Numbered from the stretch's first letter, positions 50,509 to 63,017 are shown. The stretch: 64,000 nucleotides of DNA from Oculina patagonica (GCF_052425735.1 NC_135770.1:16678001-16742000), one strand, 5' to 3'. Made by a program: numbers and translations. Notes: generated by a model not told the origin, from the letters alone.

Positions 50509-50838
50509 TGGCCTGGTCAAACGGCGACGCAAGTCGCAAGTTTTCAACTTGCGTCTCTGTTTGGCCAAGACTTGAGTGCACTTGAGCTGACTTGCGTCCA
50601 CTTTGGTCGAGATCAAATTTGCACGTAAGGCAACGCAAGTTTTTAACCATTTGGCCACCCAACGCAAGTCAACGCAAGTCTAGCTGTTTACTTCAAGCAC
50701 TGAATTGCAGCGCACGCAGTAGCACTGAAATGGCTTTTTTAACGACTTGCGAGTTCGTTTGGCCAGTCAACGCAAGTCTGTACGCAAGTTCAACTTGCGA
50801 CTACTTGCGTCCACTTGAGTTATCGTTTGGCCATGGTT
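50509..50838. mobile_element. Harbinger-like MITE with internal (ACGCAAGT/ACTTGCG) subrepeats
   Basis: GGCCTGGTCAAACG ... CGTTTGGCCATGG ends and many inverted GCAAGT motifs. Confidence 0.6.
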
Positions 50839-51496
50839 TTATGGCGGGCACATCTATTCCTTTGTTCCGGCGGGCAGCGAGATCTGGTGCTTAGGGCGTC
50901 CGCCTAAAACTTGTTAAAGAGTTCACGAATGGAACTGCGACTGATTCAAAATCTTAACAGGCAAAAAGATTGCGGGAAAATCAAATAAAATCGCTGAATA
51001 ATAAACTTGTCTCTTTATTTCACTTCGTTCTTATCTGTTAAGAACTAAAATTTATTCAACAAACTATAACAAGTGCAAAGCCTCATTTCATATTCTTGTA
51101 TAATAACAATAAAAACTTATCAAAAATTTATCACGCATGCCAGCTTCAAAATTTATCTATCAATGAATAATTTGGAGTTCTACTAAAATTGGATATTCAT
51201 TCACTTATCTAATGCGGAATAAATTTCAAAATATTATAAACATACTCTTATGTAAAAGAATTTATTGGCTAAGAGCTCAAATTTCTTTTTTTTAAGTTTT
51301 GCGTGGTAGGTGTCTTTAGTTTAACCCCGTGCTTGCCGAGCAGGCTAGTCCAAGGAAGTATACCAGGTACCGAAGATTTTTTGCGTTTCCTCTGATATCT
51401 GCCACAAGCGTGTCACAAAATCCACATTTCCTTGGCTCACTTGGATGCTGGATGTTCACGGCGGGCAGAAACGGCGCTAAACTGCACCAATAAGAA

Positions 51497-54400
51497 TTAG
51501 AGATCATCTTTATTGTCGCTACCTAATCTGAAAAAAAAAAAGATGGAAATCATTGTACTACAAATACATTTCCAAACACTTTGTGTCCACTGTCTAAGTG
51601 GTTACTCCAAAATAAAACTGTGAAGTAGGGTTAAGACTTTTTTTTTTGGGGGGGGGGGGGGGGGAGGGGATTACATTCTTGAGATAAGTTGTGTTGTAAG
51701 AGATATTTTGGTTTCTTCGGTATCGTAATTCATCACACGAGAATTAAGGGGAGAGGCATCTGCATGATCACATGGGAGTTATACTCTATTATTTACAGTT
51801 GAGCAAAAGTGCACTTAAGACAAGCAGTGTATAATCATAGTACCTTCCTTTCTCAAGGTAGATTTACGTTTTATTTCAGCTGCGAAATGATATTGTTACT
51901 TATGATAAAAAAAATTTGCCGGACATGACGTCCGTCCTACTTCTGTGTTTTTGCTGACATTTGCAAATTTTGGTAGGCCACTGTCCGATGGCCAACGGTC
52001 CTGCCTTCAGTCTGATTGGCAAAAGCATGTTCCAAAAGTTGCTTTAAACTAAAGCAAGCACTAAATATCGTTCAAAAGTCATTCGAAAAACGCTCTTGTT
52101 CAATAGCTTTAAGCCCTTATTGATTTCCAAACACAAGCCGGTCCTTATGCTCCTCTTTTGTTCGCTTTGTTTGGCTTGCATCTGTGAAAACAGGGAGACT
52201 GTTGCTTTCTATGACAAGGTCTAAAACTATAACAAACACTGGATTTACTCACCTTGGTTTCTTTCGTCTGTCGAACTCAAAATAGCTAAACAAAGTTGAC
52301 GATGGACCAGAGTTCTGTGAGTCCTTCGAGCCCTTTGACTTCGATTTCTTTTTTGTTATTCCCATGGAGCGACATCTGCCAAGACCAGTAGTTCTTTTTC
52401 CTTTATAAGTGAGACAGAAAAAGATACATTTTCACCATCGTCGTTGAATTAAAACCGGAAATTACCAGATCGGGAGGGTCCCAATTTCATTCACCAATCA
52501 AAACATGGCACGAGCACTCACGAAGCAATGTCGCGTAAGCCGAACGTTGTGACGTCAGCCAGTCGTCGAAACGATACGTCACGATACTATTAGCAACCTA
52601 CCTCGAAAACCATGCCCTCAGTTAGCTTTTAAAGACATGTTCAACTGGAAAAACCTGCTTGTTTCCAACTGCCGCGGCAACTTTTCACAATTTGTCACGT
52701 CGACGCAAAGGGGTGAAAATTGCACTGCATGCGGGAAGTTCGTAGTTTATTGCAAATTTCTCGCGATTTTTTTATGCGAGCTATCCAGTCCTCAGTGCAA
52801 GAATAGCTACAAGTGATATTTTAACTGCGCTCAGATAACGCATTTTCAGAGCGTCTGGTCGCTGTTCAAGCCAAAAATCACCCATACAAACGTGCAAACA
52901 GAATGGTCCTACCTGCTTTAGGATTCAGCTGAATTAGTTTCTTCATGGTCTACAGAACAAAGAAAGAGCAAAATGAATTAAGACACCCCTGAAATATTAG
53001 CAGGCAGTCCATGTACCAGTGTGTTATGAAATTCTGGCCATATTAACCAGAGCTGAGAGCTTCCAAACTCACTCTCGTGTTTACAAAGTCTAGTCTAAGG
53101 AAACACGCTAGTGCATTTTCTATTTCTATAATTACGCACGCAGAAACAATCGCCCGTTAAGCTTGGTTCACAATTGTGAGCTAAGCATAGCACGAACATA
53201 AGAAAACTCGTGCGTGAACCGTAGTGCGATAAGTACAAGCACGGCACAAACAAATAAATGACGGTTTTGGCTAACGTGTTTCATCCGTGTTGCCGCCCTA
53301 TTCATTTATTCATTTGGGAGGTTACAACTGTTATGTTCGTACACGCGCGTGCGCACTCAGTTGGGTGCAAAAAATCGCACAATTGTAACCTCCCAAATGA
53401 ATCATCGCGTGGTCTGTATTGGGTGGCAACATGGAAAATCATGTTAGCCGAATCCGTCTAAGCCCTTGCTTGTGCTTAATTCATGTGTGAACGGCGTGAT
53501 AGAGAAGCACAAGATTTGGCTGTTGACGTGACCCCTATCATGCAATATTCATCAAAATTTCTTAAGCACTGCGCTTGCGTATGTACGGTCTAGTGTGTGA
53601 ACATCCTTGTGGTTATGCTTGCTCTTATGCAAGTGCTTGTCGGACAAGTATGAACCAGCCTCTAACGCTCGAGTTCAGCGAGTTGTTTTCAATTTATTTT
53701 GGCCTCATATAACATAATCCATCGATAACAATGATTTGATAACCACCACCCAAACTAATTCGTGAAGTTTCTTTTTCTTAATCGTTTGAAGAGGATGCTT
53801 TTGTTTTCTACCATCTTGCATGCAAAGACGTAGCGATTTAAATACCAATGGAGTAGGAAAAATTTCTAACAGGTTTTGTGCAAAGGAATCTGAAGACAAA
53901 CCACGTCTGCGCCATACCTTGGTTCCTACTGCACTGCCTTGTTTCTGTGGTAAACTTCCTGCCAAGGACGGTGGGGTCAGGCGCGCAGCACAGGACTGTG
54001 TAGGGGTGGGTGTGTCTCCATCTGTACTCATCTCCGTGTCTGACAGGTACCCACTATCGATATCAATCACCTCAATTGGCCGCACATCAGTACACTCTTT
54101 AGCATTGCTGTTCTCTTTCAAGGGTTCCGATGTATGATCATCGAGTTTTCTTGTCTTCAGAGATCGTTTGTAGCCAAAAAGGTCACCTAAACTTGGCTCA
54201 ACAGACTTCTCACTGTTGGCATTTAGGGTATCGCTTATATTTGACGAATGACTTGTTAACACGCTTTGCCCTTGCAGTTTTTCAGTAGAACACGCAAGTT
54301 TCTGCGAAGAGTCACTTCCTTGACTCGAAATTTCTTCCTCCCTCTTACGTTTGGAAAGTTCGAACTTTTTAACGTTAGCAATCGGACTCTCGCTCGACTC

Positions 54401-57397
54401 TCTGCAAGTCCTAAGTTCATTCTCTTTGTTCTCCTCCACATCTCTAATGTCGCTACAATCCTCGGGGAGTTCACTTTCTGATAAATCGTGCTCCATGTTG
54501 TCTCTCAACGCACTAAGGAGAACTCCGGGTTGTGATGTACTTGTCGTAGTTGAATCTTCTTCGTCATCTTCAGTTTCCAAGTGTACATCTCCTGTAAGAC
54601 TTTGATCCTTTGCATCTGAGCTACACTCTGATGAGTCAGGTCTTCCGCTGATATTAAAATACCTTTAGAAAGACGTACGTTCAATTAATAGCTTATCAAA
54701 TGCAAACTGGGTGATCTGATCAGATTAGAAACATTAACTCCAAACTATTTTTTTTATTAATTTGTGGCTTTTCCATGCGCATTTTATTTAATGATTGCAG
54801 CGAGCAGAGCAATTAAGCGCAGTTTTTGGTAACTGACTTTTCCACGACCCGAGCAAAAGTCCAGGAAAAGGAACTGGGTCCGAGCGAAAACTTTCATCGA
54901 AGTCAGCTTCCTGACTCGACGATGACTTGTGCTCGAGTTGTCGAAACGTCAGTCTTCAACAACAGTCTTTTCCAGGGTTACTCTCACCCGGATAATCACA
55001 CTATACAATTGCCACGACACGCTATCAGGATCGTCATCTAAAATATTACAAAAATGGACATTTTCTTACATTACTTACCTTTGTTACATTTGCTTCATAT
55101 AGAAGAGCATGTAAAAAATGCATCACTATTTAAATAACTTGGCACTGAGTGTACTATCTTAATGCAACGTACACGTAACGCAAAGTAACGTATGGTAGTT
55201 GAAAGTTGTGAAATGTTTTTTAATGTCAGTGCTATTTTAGATTTAGTGTCTACTAAAATTACAAGAAGAAAAGGGAGGCGCACTTCAAGAAGAACACCTT
55301 TGCCCAACAATTACATACCTACTAATTTCAACTTTATTTTGTGACTTGACCTCCTGACCAGGGATTTTAAATGGGTTTTTGAACTTTGACCTCTTGATCC
55401 CGTGACCTGGCACTGAGCCAGTTAGCATGCGTTGGAAATGCGCTGCTGGTGCATGAGAATACAGCAGCTTGTGCCTCGGCTTCAGAGTAGTATACATGTT
55501 GACAAGCGAATCATCATCGACACTTTCCTCTTCAGATTTTTTTTTCTGCCCCGGGGGGACGAAAGGCTTCTTTGTTTTAGCGGACGGTTGTGAATTGAGC
55601 ATCAATCCTGAGAGATTTTTCTGCACGTCGTACTCAGTCTTCCCTCTCTTGCTCATGACCGCGTGACCAAAAGAAGACGTGGACACTGGGGTGAGGGCAT
55701 GTGATTGGCTGTCGTCATCTGATTTATGGCCAGATCCCAGATCGATGATCTTAGTGAGAAACAAAAGGTTGTCGTTAGGAAAAATGTGAATTCTGTCCAA
55801 CAAACAAACATCAAAAGCACATCTGAAGAGTCGCTGTACTCGAGTCATGGAGTGAATTATAACTACTCCACGGTTAAACGAACAACCGAAGTAACGGTCA
55901 CCCAAAATGGACCACAACTGACTCAAGACAGCGACCTCTTCTTGAAAATAACGACTACCCGAAAATAAAGCAACCCCAAGGACATAAAAGAAACAGTACT
56001 CGAAAGTCGTAACCCTGAGAGCTACTTAGTAAACTCCTCCGCCTCTGTCGGAATTCTGAGCCGGGAGGTCATAACGTTGAGCATATCGAACATTTCTCCC
56101 ATAAAATGCCAAAGATTATCACTACATACCTTGATCTTTTGAGGGCTGAAATCCGCCATCACTTCACCCGAAATAGGGTTAATATTACCGAGTGCGATAC
56201 CTATGGCTTTTTCCCTGGTCATTGACCTGCCAGTCTGTTAAGAAAACGCTCTTGAACACCAGAAAAAATATATTTAGCTGTACTAGGAATGAATTGGCTT
56301 GATTACAGGATTAATTACGAGAAAGACATAATTATCCATCTGCTAGTCATTATCATACCAGTTTAGTTTATTTATAATTATGCGTCAATGTCGTGTGGAT
56401 GGCTTTCTCCTCCGCAGAGGCTCCAGTAGGAGAAGGTGAATAACACGAAAAATGGAAAAATAGGGAGAGCTCGGGAGACGACCCCCGCGCGCTTTCGTTT
56501 CGATTCTCTCCAGTCTCTGCGGGCTTACTTTTCACCACTCCCCATTTCCTAGCCCATTCGAAACACGAAAGAGGCCTCTGCGAAGGAGAGAGTGTGGATG
56601 GCATGAGTGACCAAAGAAGAGGATTTAAACAAGGCTTTTTCCGCAGGCTACAAAGATTTGCCTTGTGTCTCTGAGTGGTTGTTGACGGGATGAGGATTTT
56701 CGCGTGGAATTTACAATTAAACTGGTGATTCTAGCGAGGGGGAAATTGAGCACCCAGAGAAGTCTCTTTTGCAAAAGTCTCTTTACTGAGGCAATACTAA
56801 GGAAGGTTATCAAAGAAATGAATTTTATGTGCTGACGAAAAACGCAGGCCTGATTCACACGTGCTGCAAATGAAAGCGTAAACGCAAACACGTGTGAGCT
56901 AGCACAAACCAAGCGTAAATGCGAGTGCAAGGAATGGCAAATTGTCCATTTGGTTGTACCTGGCTTGCACTTGCATTTTTACTTGCTTCAAGTGTAAACA
57001 TTATTAATGCAAATGCAAGCGCAAGCCAGCGAAGCGCGACCTGTCCGTCATCTTGAAAGAGTTCAACTGCGTCTGTGTATCTTACATTCCTTGCGTTTGC
57101 GTTCTACATGTGAACCTCGCTTGCACTTTCCATTTGCGTGTATTTGCGTCGCGCATGTGAATTCGACGAAAAAACGGTAATTTTAACTAGATTTCTTGTT
57201 ATATTATAAGGATACGGTCCAGCAAACTCTAGATCGCCAGGCTGCAAGCCTTCCGGCAGCTCATTCAGAGGAACTAGCTTCATGGAGACAGGATCAAACA
57301 CCAACTGATATAAAAACGTCTCGTCTGCTTGTTTGAAGCTCTTCTCGTAGTCTTCAGGAACGTACATCTTCGCTTCAATTCTCAGGGATCGTATTAG
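51497..57397 (-). CDS. EXO1: Exonuclease 1, 3' portion; exons 57397-57216, 56226-56130, 55749-55319, 54662-53918, 52949-52913, 52400-52253, 51527-51497; 5' nuclease exons not found in the window
   Basis: VPEDYEKSFKQADETFLYQLVFDP..LVPLN..LEFAG and AIGIALGNINP match the end of the EXO1 nuclease domain. FKNPF, ISRYF (MLH1-interacting MIP-box-like), LGRCRSMG and STLFSYFEF follow in a disordered tail. All junctions are phase-compatible. Confidence 0.88.
56227..57215 (-). other. U12-type (minor spliceosome) GT-AG intron in EXO1
   Basis: 5' site GTATCCTTA; branch TTTCTTAAC about 10 nt before the CAG acceptor; no polypyrimidine tract between them; joins FAGP/SMTREK in frame. Confidence 0.85.
56403..56592. 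mobile_element. MITE with 9-bp TSD (Mutator-like)
   Basis: TIR CTTTCTCCTCCGCAGAGGC / GCCTCTGCGAAGGAGAGAG flanked by TGTGGATGG on both sides. Confidence 0.75.
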
Positions 57398-57966
57398 CTA
57401 AGAAAAGTCGTTTATAAAGAATTGTTAGGGTTTGGTTGTTAGGGATCTAAACCCAATTTCTCCAGTTATGCTCCGTGGAGGAATTGCAGCAATTAACTGG
57501 AAGTAATGCAAGTAATTGACTTTGAAATCAAACTTGTTTTGAAATTCATCGGAATTCCCCCCCCCCCCCCTCCCCCCATTCAAACCAGCGTTTTCGAACT
57601 AGGCGGTTTTTCTCCATGTACTGTTACTTTTTATTATTCCAAAGAATGAGATCGTTAGTGTAATGCTTTAAATAATTGGTTAATTCCTGGAAATAGAAAT
57701 ACTGGTAGACCTAAGATATCTCGTTTATTTTATTTTTTATTTTTTCAAAAAAAAAAATTGTGCATTACAGTCGTAGTGAAGGAGAGATGTACTTTTGTGG
57801 ACTCAAACAAATATAGCGCTAAGAGATTAGCTGATTCAAACTCCGCTTTTATATTTATTTTTTTATTTTATTTTTCAATTTTTTTGGGGGGGATGGACTA
57901 GTGACTTGCCCTTGTGGGCTAGTGATCATTGGTACTTGCCAACCCACTGCCTGGCATCCAAACAAG

Positions 57967-59319
57967 TTAGTGTAAAGCCCTGCGGACTACGCCATATTGG
58001 CAAATTTGTTCAAGGAGCGCATTCCTCTGGTCAGTGCTGTTCTTCTTATTTAAAAATTGGTTGACTACCAAGTCTTGAAAATGTCCGCCTCCAACTACAA
58101 CTAAATGTTCCCCAGACGCCAGAATATTCATTTCTACAATAGCCACGGCGCCTCGATCAGTGAGATTGTAAGCTGAGGGCTGAAACATGACCGGTTGTAA
58201 CGGAGCTAAAATCTTCATGAGTGACTTGGCGTTCTGTCGTGCAAGTTTTACGCTTGGTGACCAACTTCCATAGTCTGCGAAATCAGTGGCTAGAAAAACA
58301 GGAATGTGAGCCGTACTAACATTCCTGTACCTTTGAACTAGCGTCGTCACATTTGATATACACTTCTCAACCGTGGCAATACTAATATTTAAAGAAGTTC
58401 CAAGCTTAGCAAGCTTTGCTAAGATTCTTTCTACGCGAATGTGAACGGAGACAAAGAATGGAGCAAGATTTCTTTCGATAAAAGTTCGCGCGAGATGAAT
58501 GAGTTTTAAGCTAAACAAAACAGAAGCGTCACGATAGCTCATACGGTCTGCTACAACTGATGACAAATTAAACTTCGTTCTATGTCGTCGCATCTCATTG
58601 CTACTTTTAATGTTGCTTCCCGTCCAAAGAGTCAAGCCAACACATGGAAGCCTTTTCACGACTTCATTCTCAAATTTTGCAATCGAGTCAACTGCAAACA
58701 CATTCACGCAAATTGTTTTTCCAACCGTGAAGTTAAATGTTTGAAAAGTGTTCCAGTGAGGATCTTTACAAGGAAACTCTGCTGTACTGTTACTAAGATA
58801 TGTGTAATCAAAATGCACCAGCACATCTAGTTTGCCTCGGCAGACGTCTTGGAACTCTTTCCAGCTAATAAGCGTGCCATGACCACGCGAACGAAGGGTG
58901 CGATTTAGCGCGGTGACGTTATAGTACAGTGCGAGTGTTTCGAAACGCTGCTTCGCTGGTGAACCGTAAAACTGCGAATCTTTTACAAATGGAACGACAA
59001 CTTGTCGCCCACCATACGCAGCAAGGGCTGTCAGATCCAACAAATTTTGGGTTGCTTTTGTAAGTTGTTCCCAGTAACGAAACGCGATAATAATCTTTTT
59101 ACCAGGACTTCGCTTTTCGTTGCCTGCCTCGCTGCTTGGAAAACTGCTCAACTGGTTACTTGCGTTGAGCGTCCGAAAATTTGATCTAAGGATGTCCATG
59201 TATCTGTTGTTTATGATTGTGTTTCTCCGTGCAAGAATGAACAAAATGGCCAGCATAATTGCAATTAAAACAATCCATGCTTTCCTAAGATATTTGTTCG
59301 ATGGCAGCTTGTTCTGCAT
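57967..59319 (-). CDS. Type II membrane GT-B glycosyltransferase, O-fucosyltransferase (POFUT-like) superfamily, ~450 aa, single coding exon
   Basis: Short basic N-terminus, TM AWIVLIAIMLAILFILA, stem, EQLTKA..NL..L, FVSVHIRVE, VFLATD, AIVEMNILASG, GGGHFQ. A splice acceptor at ~59339 just upstream of the ATG at 59319 implies a 5' UTR exon. Confidence 0.8.
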   Translation of the reverse strand: MQNKLPSNKYLRKAWIVLIAIMLAILFILARRNTIINNRYMDILRSNFRTLNASNQLSSFPSSEAGNEKRSPGKKIIIAFRYWEQLTKATQNLLDLTALAAYGGRQVVVPFVKDSQFYGSPAKQRFETLALYYNVTALNRTLRSRGHGTLISWKEFQDVCRGKLDVLVHFDYTYLSNSTAEFPCKDPHWNTFQTFNFTVGKTICVNVFAVDSIAKFENEVVKRLPCVGLTLWTGSNIKSSNEMRRHRTKFNLSSVVADRMSYRDASVLFSLKLIHLARTFIERNLAPFFVSVHIRVERILAKLAKLGTSLNISIATVEKCISNVTTLVQRYRNVSTAHIPVFLATDFADYGSWSPSVKLARQNAKSLMKILAPLQPVMFQPSAYNLTDRGAVAIVEMNILASGEHLVVVGGGHFQDLVVNQFLNKKNSTDQRNALLEQICQYGVVRRALH

Positions 59320-59666
59320 CGTTTTGACCACTAACAAACTACAGGTCGCGTTGGTAATGAGTATGGGTTATAGACTTTTTTTTAGCAACGAACTATGTAA
59401 ATTGCCCACTTCAGTTCATGCGATGGTCTCTAGGGAATTTTTCCTTTGTCTATCTGGAAAAAACACATTAATTTCCATGTGAATTTGTCTGGTGTGACTG
59501 AATTTGAAAGAAAAAATTCTCATCACATGGATTTGGGGCGTCTTTGCAATCGCCGCGTAAAGTTCTTATGGAATGAAAATACGGAATCGTAAGATTTAAG
59601 CAGCGTTTTTGCATCACTATGCCACATAAAAGCGTGTTATATGCCTTATATTTGAGTGAATACATA

Positions 59667-59998
59667 CCGTAGAATTCCGGTTATAAGCCTCCCCGCTTAT
59701 AAGCCCCCCCGGTTATAGGCCCATCATCCTGGAAACAAAAAAATACATCCGGTTATAAGCCCCCCCGGATATAGGCCCCCCTCTACCAGATGACAGTACT
59801 GAATAGGGCTAAATGTTGCTTTATTATGTGTTTTTAACTTAAAAACGTATTGTCATCAACACTCCCGTGGCTCGTTTTGAAACGTTTTTTTCATTCCGCT
59901 TATAAGCCCTCCCGGATATAAGCCCCTCCGCTTTTAAGCCCACCCAAAACCCCTTACGAAGTTGTATAAGCCCAGGGCTTATAACCGGAATTCTACGG
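59667..59998. mobile_element. Tc1/mariner(pogo)-type MITE
   Basis: TIR CCGTAGAATTCCGGTTATAAGCC / GGCTTATAACCGGAATTCTACGG, TA TSD, internal TATAAGCCC repeats. Confidence 0.9.
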
Positions 59999-60101
59999 TA
60001 TTACATCATTCAAATTCAGTATGGGCTCAAAGTAACGGCCGGTCAACGGACAATGTCCGGTCAAGATGACAGTTTGTCTGGACAAAGTTTCGGTGTGCCG
60101 G

Positions 60102-61520
60102 TGTTCTAGCCGTTTTTGTCCCCCCCTGGATTTTGTCCCCCCGGTCAAAATCCGCTAGCAGATATGGACCCCCGGGAGTCAATATTTGCTAGCGGATTTT
60201 GTCCCCCCTTCGCGAATTTTGACCCCACGTCAAAAGTGATAATACTTCGCTATCGTACTCCTGGAGTCGTAAACGAATAAAAGAAAAGATGATTAGATGT
60301 TAATACGACTATTTCAATAATACGACTATTTCATGAACATTGAAAAGACGAAATAGACGAGGTAAGTCTCGGTGTTTACCAAACACAACATGCATGCGCA
60401 TTAGAAAATCTGTTATTCTCAACACGGCCCGAAGCAACGTTTTCCAATCGAAAATCAAGTGTCATTTTTGTTGATCCTAGGCTAAAGTGCAGAACCAAAT
60501 TTACAATTGCTTTTTTTTGTTAGTTTGTTGTATACGTCTGAAATTATAATAAACAATGTTCGGATGACAAGTCCCAGTGTCAAGTTAGTTTATTAAAATA
60601 AATGTTCGGTTGAGTGAATTTACAAAAACCTGAAAAGATACAGGACAATAAGATTACTGGACTCTAATTACATTGGGAAATTCTTTTTGTTTTTACTTTA
60701 GACAATAGATTTCTTCTAAATAGCTTCCGACATTAAAATAGTTTTTCGCTTGCTGATAAAACAAAGAGCAGTTTTCTCGACTTTTACTCTAGAAAATAGA
60801 TTTCTTCTAAATAGCTTCCGACATTAAACAGTTTTTCGCTTGCCGATAAAACAAAGAGCAGTTTTCTCAACTTTTGCAGCATAAGAAGTGTTTTTTGTAG
60901 CATAAGCTTTGTTAAAAGTTGTAAACTTGAAATAAAAAGATTTTCACAAAAAGCGCAAACGCGAGTTTTATCCCTTCTTTGAATTAGTTGTGAAACTAGA
61001 GTAAATACGAGTTCACGGTATGATAATTATTCTTATACCGAAAGTATAAAAACACATTTACTGTTGTGTGTTTAATATTCTCTCGTTGTTAGACAAGATT
61101 AACGTTTTCGATTCATTGCTAACAGGAACCGTAGTTAGACGCTGTCTTTAGTCAGGTCTTTTGTTTACGACAAGCTTTGCAATGAATTATAGTAAATTTC
61201 TGAAATAACTTAGAGACGCAGCATAGAACGAAAAATTGCATCGCTATTATAAGAAGTTACTTTATTTACTATAATAAATATGGCAGAATTATAACAAGTT
61301 TAGTGTTGTCATTCGAGGGAACGTTGAAAAAAAGTTTGCAAATGGAAAGTTTACTAAGTAAGAGGGAAACAAAGCTTAAATAACAATTGTTGAGGGGGGG
61401 ACAAATTCGGCGAAGGGGGGTCAATATTGGCTAGCGGATATTGTCCAGGGGGGTCGATATCCGCTAGCGGATTTGGTCCGGGGGGACAAAATCGGCGGGG
61501 GGACAAAATCCGCTGTGACA
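60102..61520. mobile_element. Non-autonomous Ginger1-like DNA transposon
   Basis: TGT...ACA termini, ~120-bp imperfect TIRs built from GGATTTTGTCCCCCC motifs, CCGG TSD at 60098-60101 and 61521-61524. Confidence 0.75.
60705..60876. repeat. Tandem duplication of a ~90-bp unit inside the Ginger-like element
   Basis: AATAGATTTCTTCTAAATAGCTTCCGACATTAAA...GATAAAACAAAGAGCAGTTTTCTC occurs twice. Confidence 0.9.
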
Positions 61521-62777
61521 CCGGTCATTTTGACCGGACACTTACATGGCTTTTAAAATAATAACTGATGACCATAAAGAAAAAAATAACATTTTCATAC
61601 CAATTTATATTATTTAGCGCTAACTAACCAATATACTTTTTAGGCAAACCGAAATGGCTCGCATATTACCGTTATTTGGGCACAGTGAGAAGTTGTTTGC
61701 CCTAAAGTTTTTGCGGGCCCAAGAGAGGCCCGCAACCCTAATCTTGACAGTGACCAGCGGATTGCGTATTACGCGTGCGCGCCACGTTTATAAAGGCTAT
61801 CTGCAAACCGGAAGTTGAAAATTTTGTTCTTCCACTAAGAACGACCGGAATGCAAAAAATGTGTCAATCACGACAGTTTGTCGTAACACCGGAAGAGAAA
61901 AATCTTGTCTCCAAGAGCGATAAGAATGCGAAAAATCAACAGTTTGTCACATTAGATCGAGGCTTCTGTCTTGCAGACATAACGTTTTGCAGACGTTGTT
62001 TTATAGGTGTTGCTTTTGAGAAGATCTGCTGTGATTGTATCACAGATAAACTACGGGAAAGCGAATGATTCCAACAACGGTTATTCTCGAGAAATTCCTT
62101 ATAACACTGACAACAAAGCGAGTTTGCCGATGGAGGAAAATCACATCTCAATTCACACCGCGTGGTCGACTACACTTCGCAAAACTGTCAATCAAAAAAA
62201 CAACTCTGATTGGTTCGCGGCAATAGGAAACGATAAAAAACATTCGTGACTTAAGCGTTACGCGTTACTCGACCTTCCAAACTAATAAAAAACACTTCCC
62301 TCCCAGTACCTTCTCTTAACTGCATCGAGGCCCGCACTTTCTAACCTGTGGTTACCACTAGTAATTAGTACATAGATTAGCCATGCAAACAATGCAAGCC
62401 AGAAAGCCAAATCCTTATAGAAAGGCTAAACGAAAAAACATTTTATCTAAGTGAGGCTAACCGGTCTGAAACCGCACTTCTATTTAGGCGAAGAATCTAA
62501 GCACGACCTGAAAGCTTTAGAGATCAAACATAAAAACATTAAATCTCTTCTACATTATACATTGTTTGGCAAAAGTTTTTGATGTTCCATATCGCACGCA
62601 CTTTTAGCGACAACAAAGCTTGCTGAGATCGATCGTTAAATTTTTGTTAAACTATGCACGACAGGAAACTCTGAAGGTCGTTTCTTTTTTCATTTCACAG
62701 CTTAACAGGAGTTTAACGGAAATAGCTCGTTCGCGTTTCAAGGAATCCAAAATCGCTTACATTATCCCATATATCTA

Positions 62778-62915
62778 CAGTCAACTCTACACCTCTACAC
62801 CTCCTCTTGGTCCCGTCCCTGCTGTTTTTCAGTCATTTTACTGTAACTTAACTTCCTATAAGACAGCCACCTCTCTAAGACGGACGGTCGCAGCCGGTCC
62901 CGAGAGAGTTGACTG
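62778..62915. mobile_element. pogo/Tigger-like MITE
   Basis: TA-CAGTCAACTCT ... AGAGTTGACTG-TA. Confidence 0.75.
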
Positions 62916-63017
62916 TATGTTAACGGTGTTTTTGTAAATTTTTGGGGGGATTTTTGGGGATGTTGGGAGAAGATAGTTGTTTTTAAGAATGAGAAAAATT
63001 CAGAGAAATTAGAAATA

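Noticed and set aside
53705-54580. 291-aa stand-alone acidic ORF (and the 213-aa ORF at 55285-55926)
   Set aside because: These are internal EXO1 exons read through into intron sequence, not separate genes.
59667-59998. Repeated TATAAGCCC(C)n motifs resembling a CRISPR-like or iteron array
   Set aside because: Irregular spacing, no unique spacers, no cas genes; they are subterminal repeats inside a TIR/TA-flanked MITE.
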